Of a stretch of 56,410 nt of DNA, positions 10,901 to 23,400 are shown in pieces (the first letter of the stretch is position 1; each line of letters begins with the position of its first letter). The stretch is from Guillardia theta CCMP2712. Taxonomy: Eukaryota > Protista > Cryptophyta. Under the pieces are notes generated by a model, which saw nothing but the letters and a program-made list of their open reading frames with translations, had not been told where the DNA came from and searched no databases. Position numbers and translations under genes: made by a program. The stretch lies in the NCBI RefSeq assembly GCF_000315625.1, contig NW_005434621.1:489399-545808 (forward strand), read 5' to 3'.

Positions 10901-13820
10901 TTAGTGCGGTCAAGGCCCTGCTTGATCAGATGCTTGATGACTTTCCTCACTGACTCCATCTGCAGCTCCTCCAGGTCCTCCCAGAATTGCTTGTAGTTGT
11001 CCGAGTTCATCAGCTCCTTCGCCTTCCCTGACTTTCCTCCGGCTGCCTGCAGCAGCTTTGCGCACATGACATGTCTCGACGTGTTTCCGAACATGCAGTC
11101 GTCGAAGGGAGTGTTTCCCCACCTGTCCTTGAGGTTCGGGTTCGCGCTCACCCCTAGCAGGTAGTTGATCGCCAGCAGCCTTCCGTTGGCCCCAGCGAAG
11201 TGCAAGGGGCATCGCTTGTCGTAGTTCCCCACGTCTGCATCTCCGTCAGCCTCTCCCTTCCTCCTCCTCCTCTCCTCACCCGGGTCCACCCCGCAGCGAT
11301 GCAGGAGGCTCAGATGACGCACGTCTCCCTCCGCTGCTGCTCGGCACATGTCGATGGTCCCCGTCCCTCCCGACAGGATTCCTCCTCGCGTGTAGATCTG
11401 CTCTGCTACCTGCACATGTCCCGCGCTGACCGCGTCCTGCAGAGGAGACTTGCCCCACCTGGTCCGCGTCAGAGGGAGCGAGGAGGAGCATAGGCTCACC
11501 TGTCGCAGGCGTTGAGATCTGCTCCCTTGCTCAGCAGGTACTCCGCCACCTTGTTGTGTCCCTCGGCCGCTGCGAGGTGGAGGGGGGAGCGATGATCGAA
11601 GTCAACCACGTTGGGGCTCACCCCGTGCTCGAGGAAGAACTTGAGCGTCTCCAGATCTCCCGCAGCAGCTGCCGCGCACAACTTGCCCGAGGGGTCAAGA
11701 GTTCTCAGCTCGCAGTTCCACTGGGCGAGCAGCTGGATGACTGGGCCCTGGGTGTTATTGATCGCATCCTGTAGCGGCGTGTTGCCCCACCTGTCCTTCT
11801 GATTCTTTTCAGCTCCTTCCTCCAGCAGAAGCTCAACTACTCGATAGTTTCCCTCGGAGGCTGCCATGTGCATGATCGTCTTGCCGTCGTAGTTGCACGA
11901 GTTGATGTCTACGCCCTTCCTCAGCATCCTCCTCACCTCCTCAAGGTCTCCTGCCGTCGCCGCATAGGTCATGGCCAGGAACGCTTCTTCTCGTCGGCGT
12001 TTGACCGTCTCCTTGATAAGCTTGCGGAGAATCTCAGCGTCGGGGTCTTCTTCCTCCTCTTCGTTGTTGACCGCCTCGAGATTTGCGATCTCATTGCCGT
12101 TCTTGTCAAGGTTAAAGCTTGCCAGGATGTTGTTGGTGATCACTTCGTGCTGCTCGGGGTAGTTCTTGAACAGCTCGTCCGCTGCCTCCTTGCTCAGCAC
12201 CAGGAGCTCGATGTCTGTATCGAAAGGAGCGCGCACGGAGTACTGCTGCTGCACTCCCATGAAGAAGGAAATCTCCCCGATCACCGACGGGTCGTCCACG
12301 TCCGACCGGATGCTTCGCTTCACCGTGTCTTCGTCCACCACCTCCGCATGCCCATGGATGACGAAGCTGAGCTCAAGCACCATCTCCGATGCACGGATGA
12401 AGGTGTCTCCGGGCATGAGGAACACCGGTCGAAGCAACGTCACGAGGTTGTTCAGAAACTGAGCGTTGCACTTGAAGAAGATTCCGCCTGGCTTGCAGCA
12501 TTTCTCCACCATAGGTCGGTATCGGGTGTTGGCGACTTTCATCTCCAGCGATCGGGGGAGTTTGAGAGAGGCGGAGGCTTTCTTCTGAACGCTCTTCTTG
12601 TACTGGAACTCGAAGTGCTGTATGAGCTTCCGCTTCACCTGCGGAGGAAGTTTCCTCGCCTCGGCAAACAAGAGGACATCCGCCATGCGCTTCCGATGCG
12701 CCTCAGTGAGAGGATCTTTCTGCGACACCAGGAGGTAGTGGAAGAGAGTGCCAAGGATGTAGGCAGAAAGGAAGATCGAGTTGAACATGACGAGGACGCT
12801 CAGGACCATCTCCAACGCGTTCTGAGGGATGATGGGAAGATAACCCATGGACGAGAGTCCATCGAAGCCCTTGTACAAGAGGATCAGATACCTCGCAGCC
12901 GTAGAGCTGTGCACGTCATCGAAGGCAGGAAAATATGTGTTGATGTCAACGATCCAGGTATGCTCGTAAGCATAGCCCGTCCTGGGAACCCAGAAGAAGA
13001 GACAACCAATCCAATGGCTGGACATGAAGATGACCAAGCAAAACTTCATCAGCTGAATCCTGCTGATAGAGATGGACAAATTCATCTCCATCATACCAAA
13101 GAACTTGTACAGACGCCAGGCTCGAGGTATCAGCCGCACAAACATGACGAACCACCACACCCACAAAGAAGTTGAGGGCACCGACACCCCCAAGAAGACA
13201 ATGCCGGGCAACAACTGAGTCCAAAACGCAGCAAAGAAGTAATGTAGAGCAATATCCCTGCGGTCGGTGTCGATGCTTTGCTCCCCAGTGCTAGACTGCT
13301 TCTCCGACTTGTTCAGTATCAACCCAGTGTTGAACTGGACAAGGCCGTCCAAGACAAACAACATGTCTGATGACAAATCCGCGTAGAACAACCAGGTGGT
13401 TTGACTCGGAGATGCCAGGGCCAGTCGAAACCCTCCAGCCCACAGCTCGTACGTCAAAGGAAGAGCGAAGAAGTCGTGCCAGCGTTGAACAATGAGAGAG
13501 GAGGGGTGCCAGACCTCGAAGCTGAAGTCATTCAACCGACTCTTTGGGATGTAAAACCGAACTCTCTGAATTTTGTAACCAGCATTTGATGAGTTTTCTG
13601 GTCTGAGGCAAGGCTTCAAATCGCCTTTGTTCTTCTTCTTGGAAACTTTCAGCCATGCAGACGAAAGCGTTGACGGAGCTCGATCAATCATGGTACCAAC
13701 GCTGCTGCTTCGGACAGGCGGCGGTTGTCGGACAAGCTTGTGCCCAGACGAGTCTTTGCTACTGACGCTATCGCCATTGTGGTAAGGAGCGATAGAGGCA
13801 CGCTTCTTCCACAGCCGCAT
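4934..13820 (-). CDS. Giant tandem cyclic-nucleotide-binding/ankyrin 6TM cation channel (two plant-Shaker-like modules), ~2,741 aa, 10 exons
   Basis: Exons 13820-11500, 11458-11280, 11234-9802, 9711-9280, 9166-8771, 8726-8649, 8606-8278, 8171-7845, 7709-5123 and 5077-4934. All introns are GT-AG and the total of 8226 nt is in frame. There are two S1-S6/pore/CNBD/ankyrin modules (GEISFF and GDLSFF CNBD motifs; GRTALHIAA and WGNTPL ankyrins) plus a central third cNMP-like domain. Confidence 0.85.
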
Positions 13821-14224
13821 GATGAATCAGTCCAACCCAGTTAGATACCAAGGCCCCCTTCAGTTTTCCTCGACATGTTTGCTGCCGTCAAGCTACGCCA
13901 TGTCCACCTCGAACCTCTCCACACTAGTTGACGGACCTTCACGTCCCCTGGCCTGCAGTAGCAGCAGCGGAGTGAGCACATGAAAACATGCAACCGTTTA
14001 ATTCACAAACATTTTCCCTGACAGCGTGCTCTTCCATCCTCTGCCTGCAACGATCGTTTCCTCTACACCCCTAACCTCTCCCTCCATCTCTTGGGTTATG
14101 CGCTGTGATAATTCGTTAAGTGATCGAATTCGAGGATGGTGATGGTGAGCAACCAATCATCATGTTAGATTCTCCTGCTTCCTCATCTGTCTCAGTCTTA
14201 CACACTGTCATCCATTACAACAAT

Positions 14225-14828
14225 CATCACTCATCATCTACATCTATCCTCATCACTCATCATCTACATCTATCCTCATCACTCATCATCTACATCTATC
14301 CTCATCACTCATCATCTACATCTATCCTCACCACTGATCATCTACATCTATCCTCATCACTCATCATCTACATCTATCCTCATCACTCATCATCTACATC
14401 TATCCTCATCACTCATCATCTACATCTATCCTCACCACTCATCATCTACATCTATCCTCACCACTGATCATCTACATCTATCCTCATCACTGATCATCTA
14501 CATCTATCCTCATCACTCATCATCTACATCTATCCTCATCACTCATCATCTACATCTATCCTCATCACTCATCATCTACATCTATCCTCATCACTCATCA
14601 TCTACATCTATCCTCACCACTCATCATCTACATACTATCCCTCATCACTCATCATCTACATCTATCCTCATCACTCATCATCTACATCTATCCTCATCAC
14701 TCATCATCTACATCTATCCTCATCACTCATCATCTACATCTATCCTCATCACTCATCATCTACATCTATCCTCATCACTCATCATCTACATCTATCCTCA
14801 TCACTGATCATCTACATCTATCCTCATC
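14225..14828. repeat. 26 bp minisatellite, ~23 copies (catcactcatcatctacatctatcct)
   Basis: Direct head-to-tail tandem with minor variants and no spacers. Confidence 0.95.
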
Positions 14829-15332
14829 CTGTTGTGTTGTTTGCATTGTTTGTATCAGGAATCAAAAACGCATCTCAAGGGACCGACACACCCCCTACCC
14901 CCCTCCCCCTCACGCTCCATACCACCCCCTATGTCATCCCCTTTCCCGTCATTCACCCCTACCTAACACCAATATGACCCCCACCCCCTCCTATTCCACC
15001 TTTTTTTTTCCACCATCAAATATCTTTCACCACCTTCATTCTCCGTTCTCTCAAAACTACCCCACCCCCCCCAGTACCACTTTACCTCCTTGGACCACCT
15101 ACCACCCCCCCCTCGCTCCCCCCCCTCCTACTCTAGTCCACTCGGGAATAGCGAGGGGTGGTTACCACACGGGGGTGGAACTACTCCAATCTCATCCGCG
15201 GGCCAACCACTGCCTCTAGCCATACCTGGTACTAATTTTCACTTAAATACCCCTCTCATCCACCGCGATGCACATCGTGGGCGGTGGTCATGCAGGGGGT
15301 ATAAGGCAACGATGCAAGATCTATGACGCGCC

Positions 15333-16300
15333 ATGGGGAAAATTCAAATCCAAATTTTGTCGGGCAATCCGCTCTGCATCCTTACCATGAGCAAGACGAC
15401 AGCAGACAGGGAGGAATGCCCTATTTGTAAGACGAGATACAGTACGAACAGTGTTCGGACGATGTGTTCACGTTGTCAACGGGCTTTCAAAGACATCAAC
15501 TTGAAAACTGCACAGGATTATGCAGTGTTCACTGACGCATTGGTGCTGAAATTGTTACATTTCCTGCCAAACATCGGCACGCAACGTCAAAATAAGCGAC
15601 GCGGATGATAGCTTGCTACAAGTAGCGGCTAGTTATCTCAAGCTGAGCCAGCATACCATCAACATTTCTCATGTACGAGCAAAGTTGACGCTTCTAGGTA
15701 ACCTCTTTGGACAGAATGCAGCGGGCTTCAAGAATTGCTTCCTTTATGTCTACTTCACCTCGTTTCAACAAGGAGCAGTTGCCAAAATGCATCATGATGA
15801 ATTCCAGCTGCACATAGACGCGCAAAAGCTTCGAAGTCAAGTAAAGAATCAAAGTCATCTTGTAAGAAAATCAGACATTGGGCAACTTCGCACTATGCCA
15901 CTGTTGATGAGCTACAAAAGCAAATACACGCTGTTATCTGGCAAGGTAACCAGCGAGCTGGAATGCACCAGAGTACCGACATGCCACCATGCAGGTATGT
16001 AAGGCCTGAACATATTAGCCAAGACCAGAACAGCAATATCAAAACAGCATTCCCTCTCCTCGCACATACATTTGAAGAGCATGAGTCTCTTGAAGAATCC
16101 AATGACAAAAGTCCTACTGCCAAGTGCTTTCTCACCATTTACAATGTTGAATTTGCTAGCTACCCGACATAGTTTCAGATGTCAGTCGTCATGTTCCAGT
16201 CAGGAAGGAGCTGGCATGACAAGCTAACACCCCATCATTGTTGTATTCTGGACTCATACCGGACGCCCCTTGGGCGTAGCGTCAGTAGAGATATAAGATG
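15333..16300 (+). pseudogene. Decayed AT-richer coding region with an N-terminal CxxC..CxxC motif; possible transposon or viral relic
   Basis: Consecutive short same-strand ORFs 15333-15608, 15613-16002 and 15963-16172, separated by stops and frameshifts. CPIC...CSRC motif. Composition differs from the neighbouring genes. Confidence 0.3.
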
Positions 16301-16786
16301 ACGATGCCAGATCGCTGCAGTGGTGCTGCTGATCTGATGAGTGTGTGTGCTTGATAAACAGTGATCCTAAGATCATCTGAGCTCAAGGTCTTACGCAAGG
16401 TTGTGTAACAATCGTGACAATCATGCCATTCATAGCACTGGCGGAACTTTTGATACGGACAAGATGTTGTTACCATGGGATCCTTCCGAGGCTTATCTTG
16501 CCCACTGCTGAGTCCCCCAACCTTTACTCATGATACCTTCAGGCTGACCTTCAGCTGGGCCAGCAGCTGGACCTTCGAAGTCACAAGTTCTACCGTCAGT
16601 TCCTGAGATCCGACTGGGATCCGAGGGATCAGTTGAATATGAGCGGGGAGGAGGGCCATGCGATCTGAGGTGGAATGAGCGATGGCGGTTGGAGTGTGTG
16701 GGAGATGATGAGAAGGGCGGGCGAGAGGATCTATGCAGGTAGCGACACATCGCCAACATCATCACATGCTTATGCTGATCATCATC

Positions 16787-17034
<248 letters not shown>

Positions 17035-17537
17035 GCTTTCCATCGCCGTTGTGCAGGAAGAGATCGACAAGCATGACAGTTGATTGCAGGACTTGAAGCT
17101 GCAGGTGAGGGAGTTGCAGAAGCTTTGGGACTCAACGACTCGCGCTATCAGTGGTACATCGACGAATACATGAAACAGAAAGAGATGGTAAGATGAGGCG
17201 TTGAAAGTTGATGGAACTTGGGCCAAGCTGAGCGAGACGAGTGATGCTGAAGTCGCTTTCAAGTCGGTGATGATAGTGCTATCAGCGTCTTAGGAGAAGC
17301 AGAACCAGTAGAAGGGGAGAAGCAGAGGAGATAATGGGGTTGGCCAAATGTTCAGGAGCATATTGACGTCATTGACCGCCATCATGTCAGTTTGTCACAA
17401 TCTTTATTGACGAGTCATACAGGAGGAGGAGGAGAAGGCTTTGGAAGAAGAACAAGCTGTCGAACAAATTCAGAGCCTTGAGAGTGGGAGAATACAGGAG
17501 AGCTAAGGGTTGATAACGTCGACACTGACCGCAGGGG

Positions 17538-18285
17538 TCATTTCTGTTCCTTCCCTTCCCCCAACACACCTCGTAAATAACATTTCCAATCAGCCTCCTC
17601 TGCATCCACCTCTTTCTCTTTCTCTTTCTTGAGCTCTCGAATCTCGTCCACGGCTTTCACGATCCTCCTGGTCTCCTTAACAAACTCACTCTCCTCGCTC
17701 TTCTTCTCCCTTCCTTCTCCCTCCGCTCTTGACATGAACACGATGGGTTGTCGCCGTCTCTCCATCAGCAGCAGGGGAGCAGTGAAGCACATGGACGGGG
17801 CTGAGCCCATGATGATGGGCAGCATGCGCGTCCTGCAAGAGCGAGTGAAACAAGATCAACATGACAGAAGGAAATGGGGGTAGTGAAGGAGGATGGGACG
17901 GGTAGTAAAGCAGATCATCATGAGGAGGGGGAGTAAGAGAGGTTGAAGTAGAAGACGAGGGAAGGCGAACGGGAAAGGAAAAGAGCAGAGCATGGAACAC
18001 TATGATACGTGATGAAACAGTAGCAGTCGCGGAAGCCTAGGAGTAGAAGCAGAGAGCTGAGAGGAGGGAGAATGGACAAAGTCGTGGAGGGAGGGAGGGA
18101 GGGAGGGAGGGAGGGAGGGAGTGAGTGAGTGAGTGAGTGAGTGAGGCAGCGAGAGCGCAGAGGAGGGAGGGAGGGAGGGAGGGAGAGGGAGAGGGAGAGG
18201 GAGAGGGAGTGTAGAGCACAGAGCACAGGAAGGTGGTGAGTAACGAGATCGGACCACAGACATGCACTGTCAATACGGCAGACAT
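17538..18285 (-). CDS. Small spliced hypothetical protein, possibly with an N-terminal signal peptide
   Basis: Coding-like exon ~17538-17832 after a canonical acceptor; upstream hydrophobic exon LLLLLGFRDCYCFIT ends at a GT donor (~18010). The start is uncertain. Confidence 0.35.
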
Positions 18286-18315
18286 GGAGTTAGGTCCCGT
18301 CCTGCTCGCGTCGTC

Positions 18316-20268
18316 ATGACAAAGGTTCAGTCCCGTGCTGCTCTTGCTACTTCTTGTCTGCCTCTGCTTCTACTGCTGTCCCTGGAGGAGCTGAAGTGAG
18401 AGAGCAGGAGGCGGTGCTAGCGGCATGCAAGGAGAAACAGCAGTACACGACGCCTCGGCTAAACGACAACCTCTACCTGCAATGCTGCGGTTTCACCAAG
18501 ATCGAGAACCTAGAAGAGTACACAGGAACCAAGGCGAGAAGGAGGGGGGAATAGGGGGGGGGACAAACATTTATGGTGGCTGACATTCATACAGACGCTG
18601 TGGCTGGAAGAGAACAACATCTCGAAGATTGAGAACATCTCGCACATGCAGCAATTGCGATGTCTCTTCCTTCAGGTATCAGAAGAGTAGAGGAAGCGAA
18701 GATGGTAGAGGGTAAGGGGTGAGGGAAGGGCAGGGCCGCGAAGAGGAGGAGGAGGAGGAGGAGGAGGAGGAGGAGGAGGAGGAGGAGATGGAGAAATGAT
18801 CTTCCCTGGCCTAGTCGAACGCTATCATGCGAATCAGCGGGCTGAAGATGTTGACTTCCCTACAAACGCTGAAGCTATCCAACAACATGTACACGTGCTT
18901 GTTTCCTCTTCTTTCCTCGTCCCCCCTCCTTCTCCTTCTTTGTGATAATCTTTCCTTGCATTGAAATGTGAGCAGGATATCACGGCTTGAAAACCTCAAG
19001 CGTTCGTCTCTCTCTCCCCTCTACTCCTCTTGACGACGCTGCAGCCTTGCGCATGCTCCACACGTTGGATGTCAGTTACAACCTGCTGCACACCGTCGAG
19101 GACATAAGGTCGCCCCCTTCCTCTCGTGAATGGCCTTGCTTTCTCTCACTCGCTATGCTTGCAGTCATCTTCTCCTCTGCGACTCAATCTCGGCTCTTCA
19201 CCTCAACAGCAACCGCCTTGAAGATCCGAGGTCTTGGTTTCACTGCTCTCCGCCTCTGAAGCTCTTGGGTAGGTGTGTCGCAGTACTGGAGGGGATGCGG
19301 AAACTGCAGGTCCTCTACTTCAGCGACAACCTCGCCGTCTCTCGCATCGCTCAAGTCTGGGGAACATATCGCAAATGCATGGTGCTGTTCCCTCCCCTGC
19401 AACCCTCTCCTTCCCTCTCCTTCCCTCTCCTTCCCTCTCCCTCCCAACTGTTGCTCCTCCTCTCATCTCAGCCTCATGGTCCCTCAAGCTTTTGCAGATC
19501 GGCAGGATTCCGGCACTGACGTTCCTTGACGATCGTCCGGGTAAAACCTCCTGCTCCTCCTGCTCCTCCTGCTCCTGCTTCTTCTTTCATCTTCTCATTG
19601 GATGCCTTCAGTGCACAAGAACGAGCAGCGATACAGTGCGTCTGCCCTGTTTGGGGAGGAAGCAGAGCCACACGAGGTTTCCTTCTCTCCTGTTGGCAGC
19701 CCCTCCCTCTCACCCTCTCACCCTCTCACCCTCTCACCCTCGTTCCCTCGTTCCCTCGTTCCCTTGTTTCTTCTTGCGCACTGCCTTGGGTTGCTCTCAT
19801 AGCAGCGGTAGGAGCTGCAGCTTTCGCCGCTCAACTCGCAGCTGGTGATGCAGGAGGTGTGCGAACGACGTCGCCGAGAGATCCGAGCGAAGCGACTGGC
19901 CATGGGGCTACCGGAAGAGATTCCTGACTTCATCCCTTCTCGTCGAACCTCTCAGCCTTCTCGAGCGGGGGAGGAGGAGAGCACTTGGTCGGGAGGGGGA
20001 GGGGGAGGGGGAGGGGGAGGGGCAGGCGGGGAAGGAAGAGGTGCTGGTGGTGGAGGAGGAGGCGAGGTGATGTACATCCGCTGTCCCGACGGCTCTCTGT
20101 TTCGAACTAAGAAGGAAGAGACGCCTCGCGGTCAGCTTCTCTTTCCCTCTCTCCTCCTCTCACAGCCTGGCAGCAAGTGGCGAGGAGGAGCTTCAGCCTC
20201 GTGAGGTGCTGCTGGCCGTTCGCACCTGCTGCTTCAACTTCTTCGAGGCATCGATCAAGCTTTCGAGG

Positions 20269-20301
<33 letters not shown>

Positions 20302-20375
20302 TAATTGACGAGGAGCAGACAAGGTCGGATGGTGGAGGAAGCTGCTGTACGCAGAGCTTTCGTGAGGATCGCTAG
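18316..20375 (+). CDS. DNAAF1: Dynein axonemal assembly factor 1-like LRR protein (ODA7/LRRC50 family), multi-exon
   Basis: The spliced product reads [45 protein letters not shown], followed by SDS22-like LRRs and the cap [14 protein letters not shown], as in this family. The 3' end is uncertain. Confidence 0.75.
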
Positions 20376-20495
20376 GAGAAAGGGAGAGTTGTTTCCAGTG
20401 TGAGGGAGAACAAGCAGGAGAACAAGAGTATCATCAACTATAATGAGGAGAACAAACAAACAACTATCATACATCTATCTACATGACAGCTCCTC

Positions 20496-23400
20496 CTACA
20501 CCCGACGGATTCGCGGGTCAAAAACAGCCTCTATCAGCACTGGCTTCCTCCCTGCTCAAGCGTCAGCTCTCAAGCGTCCGCTTGATCTTTGACTCACCAT
20601 CCATGATGGAGCGGAGGAGGAGCTTGTTGGTGAACGAAGTTCCGTCTTTGCATAGCGCGTGAACATCCAAAGACAAGCTCGCATCCTGCAGGAGACTCAG
20701 TCAGTCTTGACCGTCAGCACAGCAGCGTCTCACCTTGTCCTCTTCTCTGCTCAGCTTGCTCATGCACTCGACGAGGGGCGGCCAGTCAAGAGCCCGTTGG
20801 AACATGGAGATGCTTCGCCCTCGAACCTCCTCGCTCTTGAAGCCGATCAGCTGCTCTAGCTCGGCGTTCACCTCGAGGATCAGCCAGGGCTCATTCACGG
20901 AGCAGATTGCACGAGCGCGTGGCTTCACAGGCTCAACTTTCTTCTGCACCCCCTCCCCGTCGCAGGCCGCATCCTTCACATTCTCGGGAGCCTCGTCCTC
21001 CTGCATCTCTGCCACCTCCTGCAGTTGCCGCCACCAGTGCTGCCAGTGGCGTCTCGAGTCCTCGTTCTGAGTCCACCATCCCTCCCAGCTCACCTCCACC
21101 TTGGCCGTGCGTTTGAGAACTTCAGCCACCTTGAGCTCGATCGTGACCACCCCCCGTCCTCCCACAGCCAGCGCCTCACCACTCCTCGCTCCTGCAGCTT
21201 CCACAGACATCGTGACTGGATGACCTGCGAGATGTCGCTCATGGCAGGCAGCAGCACGAGCTGGTCGTATCCTGCGGTGTCGTCGGGCTTGCTGGCGTTG
21301 TCGAGGAGGGCGTCCAGCTGCTCTGCCTCCTCAGCTCCAGGCGTCATCTCAGCTAGCAGCCTCATGTACTCGATGGCATCCAGCCCAGCAATGATGGATC
21401 TCTCCTGCGACTGACTGAGCTCCTCCGCCACCTCGAGGATCTCGGGGTCTCGGATGTTGTCTTCGCTGTTCGACGACAGCACCTTCATCATCATGTCCGA
21501 CACGTCGTCCACGCACAGGATGCTTCCTCGCAGCTCGTGCGTCTTGTGGTAGATCTGGACAGGCTCAAGCCGCACCTGCATCCAGAACAAGCTGCGATCC
21601 TCTCGGTACCCGCGGATGCAAGCGGAGCTGGAGGCCTGCTCGCGGATGCACTGGGAGATCTCAGCCACGTCATCCTCGTCACTTTCAGGGCCGCAGAGGA
21701 AGCTGATCCAAGGGCAGCCTATCACTTCCTCCTTCTCGTAGCCTGAGATGTCCAGGAACACGTCGTTGCACCACACGATGGCCCCGTCCTCGTTGCATAG
21801 GCAGAACCCGGAGGTGATCGTGTCTTCCTCCATGATGGCCCGGTCGAAGTCGGCGATTACCTCCTCTGTGAAGATCGGGATCTCGTCCTGGACCAGAGGC
21901 TGCAGGGGCAGCGAGGACTCCCTGCTCTTTGTCTTCTCGCTCTCATCCCATTCTGAGTGCCCGAAGCCGTCATCGTCGTCGACTTCTTCCTCGATGTCAA
22001 CGTTGGAGGTGACCATGTCCAGGAGTTGGTTCAGCTCCTTCTTTTCCCCCATGAGGTCATTCACGGTATTCTGCAAGAAGTCGATCACTTCAAACTTGTC
22101 GTTGAGCGTGTTTTCCAAGCATTTCAACGCAGCAGCGTTCACCGCTCTCTCCACGTCCACGTCTCGTCTCAGCGAGTCGAGCTCTGTCGATTTCCTCAGG
22201 TTCTCCTGCTGCAGTCGCTTCACCTCTATCTGATGTTGCGATCGCAATGCTGCATACGCAGCTTGTGACGCCGCTAGCGCACTCGCTTGCTGCACCAAAA
22301 GGCGCTGGAAATTGTCTGCGTCGATCTCTGCTCGGAGAGATTTCTGCTCTGCAGCTTTCACGGCCTTGTCCTTCTCCAGCAGCAGGTCTTGCAGCTCGTA
22401 GATGCGGTCACGCAGAGCCTGCACGTCTTCGACTTCAGCCACCTCCTTCCTCACGTCGTCGCTCTGGGCATCGCTACTGCTGTTGCTCACCAGGTCCAGG
22501 AACCCGAAATCTGTCCCTGGCTCATCCTTGATCAGCGTCGCGAAGCGAGAGGACATGCCGTCCAGCCCATCCTTGTCGCGGGTGAGTCCGAGCAGCTGCC
22601 GGAAGCTGCCGGCCATGGTTTTATTGGAGCTGCTGCTCCCGATGACGTCCACGCACATGGCTGAGCCGGCCTTGACGAGGGAGGGGTGCTTCGAGACGGC
22701 AGCCACGTCAATGTAGAAGTCAATGCTGTCAGTGTCCCACATCCACGAGAGGATCCAGCCTCCTTCCTTGAGCGACCACAACGACTCAATGCATGACACT
22801 CGATCGATGCCGGCAGGGACCAGCAGAGAGATGCGCTGGATCTGCACGTCATCGAACCGAACCCTCTTGGCTCGCTTCCCAACCTCTCGGTTCTTGAATC
22901 TGTCAAGAATCTTCCCGAGGCCTTCGATGGCCTCGTCCTGCAGGATCGAGAGCTCCTGGGCCATGAAGTACGTGTACGAGTCGTTCTCCTCTGTGATGGG
23001 CTCCAGGATGTTTCTCGTCGCTGAGACAATTTCGCTGCTGTCTTCGGCACTCACACAGAAGCATTCCAGAACGGTTTCCCGGCACTCTAGCGGATAGAAC
23101 CCAGCGACGATGCTGGCCCAGAACGTCGACTTCTTTCCAGTCTTGAACTCCAGGCAAGAAACCGCTCGCTGCGTGGCCTTGCCCTTGTGCAGCAGACTTT
23201 GAAATCGCTTGAATTCAGCTGCATCCACGTTGGGGCTCACCAGGTCGAAGAAGGATTTCCCCACTATCTGAGCCTTTCGCTGGTTCAGCAGACGCAGAAA
23301 CGACTGGTTTGCAAACAGGATGTTCCCATTCTTATGCAGCAGGCACAGCGAGCCCTCGATGCCGCAGAGCTCGAGCTCCTTGTCCAGCTGAGACAGCACA

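Noticed and set aside
5768-13175. Long plus-strand ORFs (5768-6895, 11868-13175)
   Set aside because: Antisense shadows of the GC-rich channel coding sequence.
14225-14828. CRISPR-like array
   Set aside because: Units are contiguous with no unique spacers; the context is eukaryotic and there are no cas genes.
18999-19045. Additional GC-AG intron in DNAAF1
   Set aside because: A GT donor two bases downstream gives the correct frame (NLK-PLRM).
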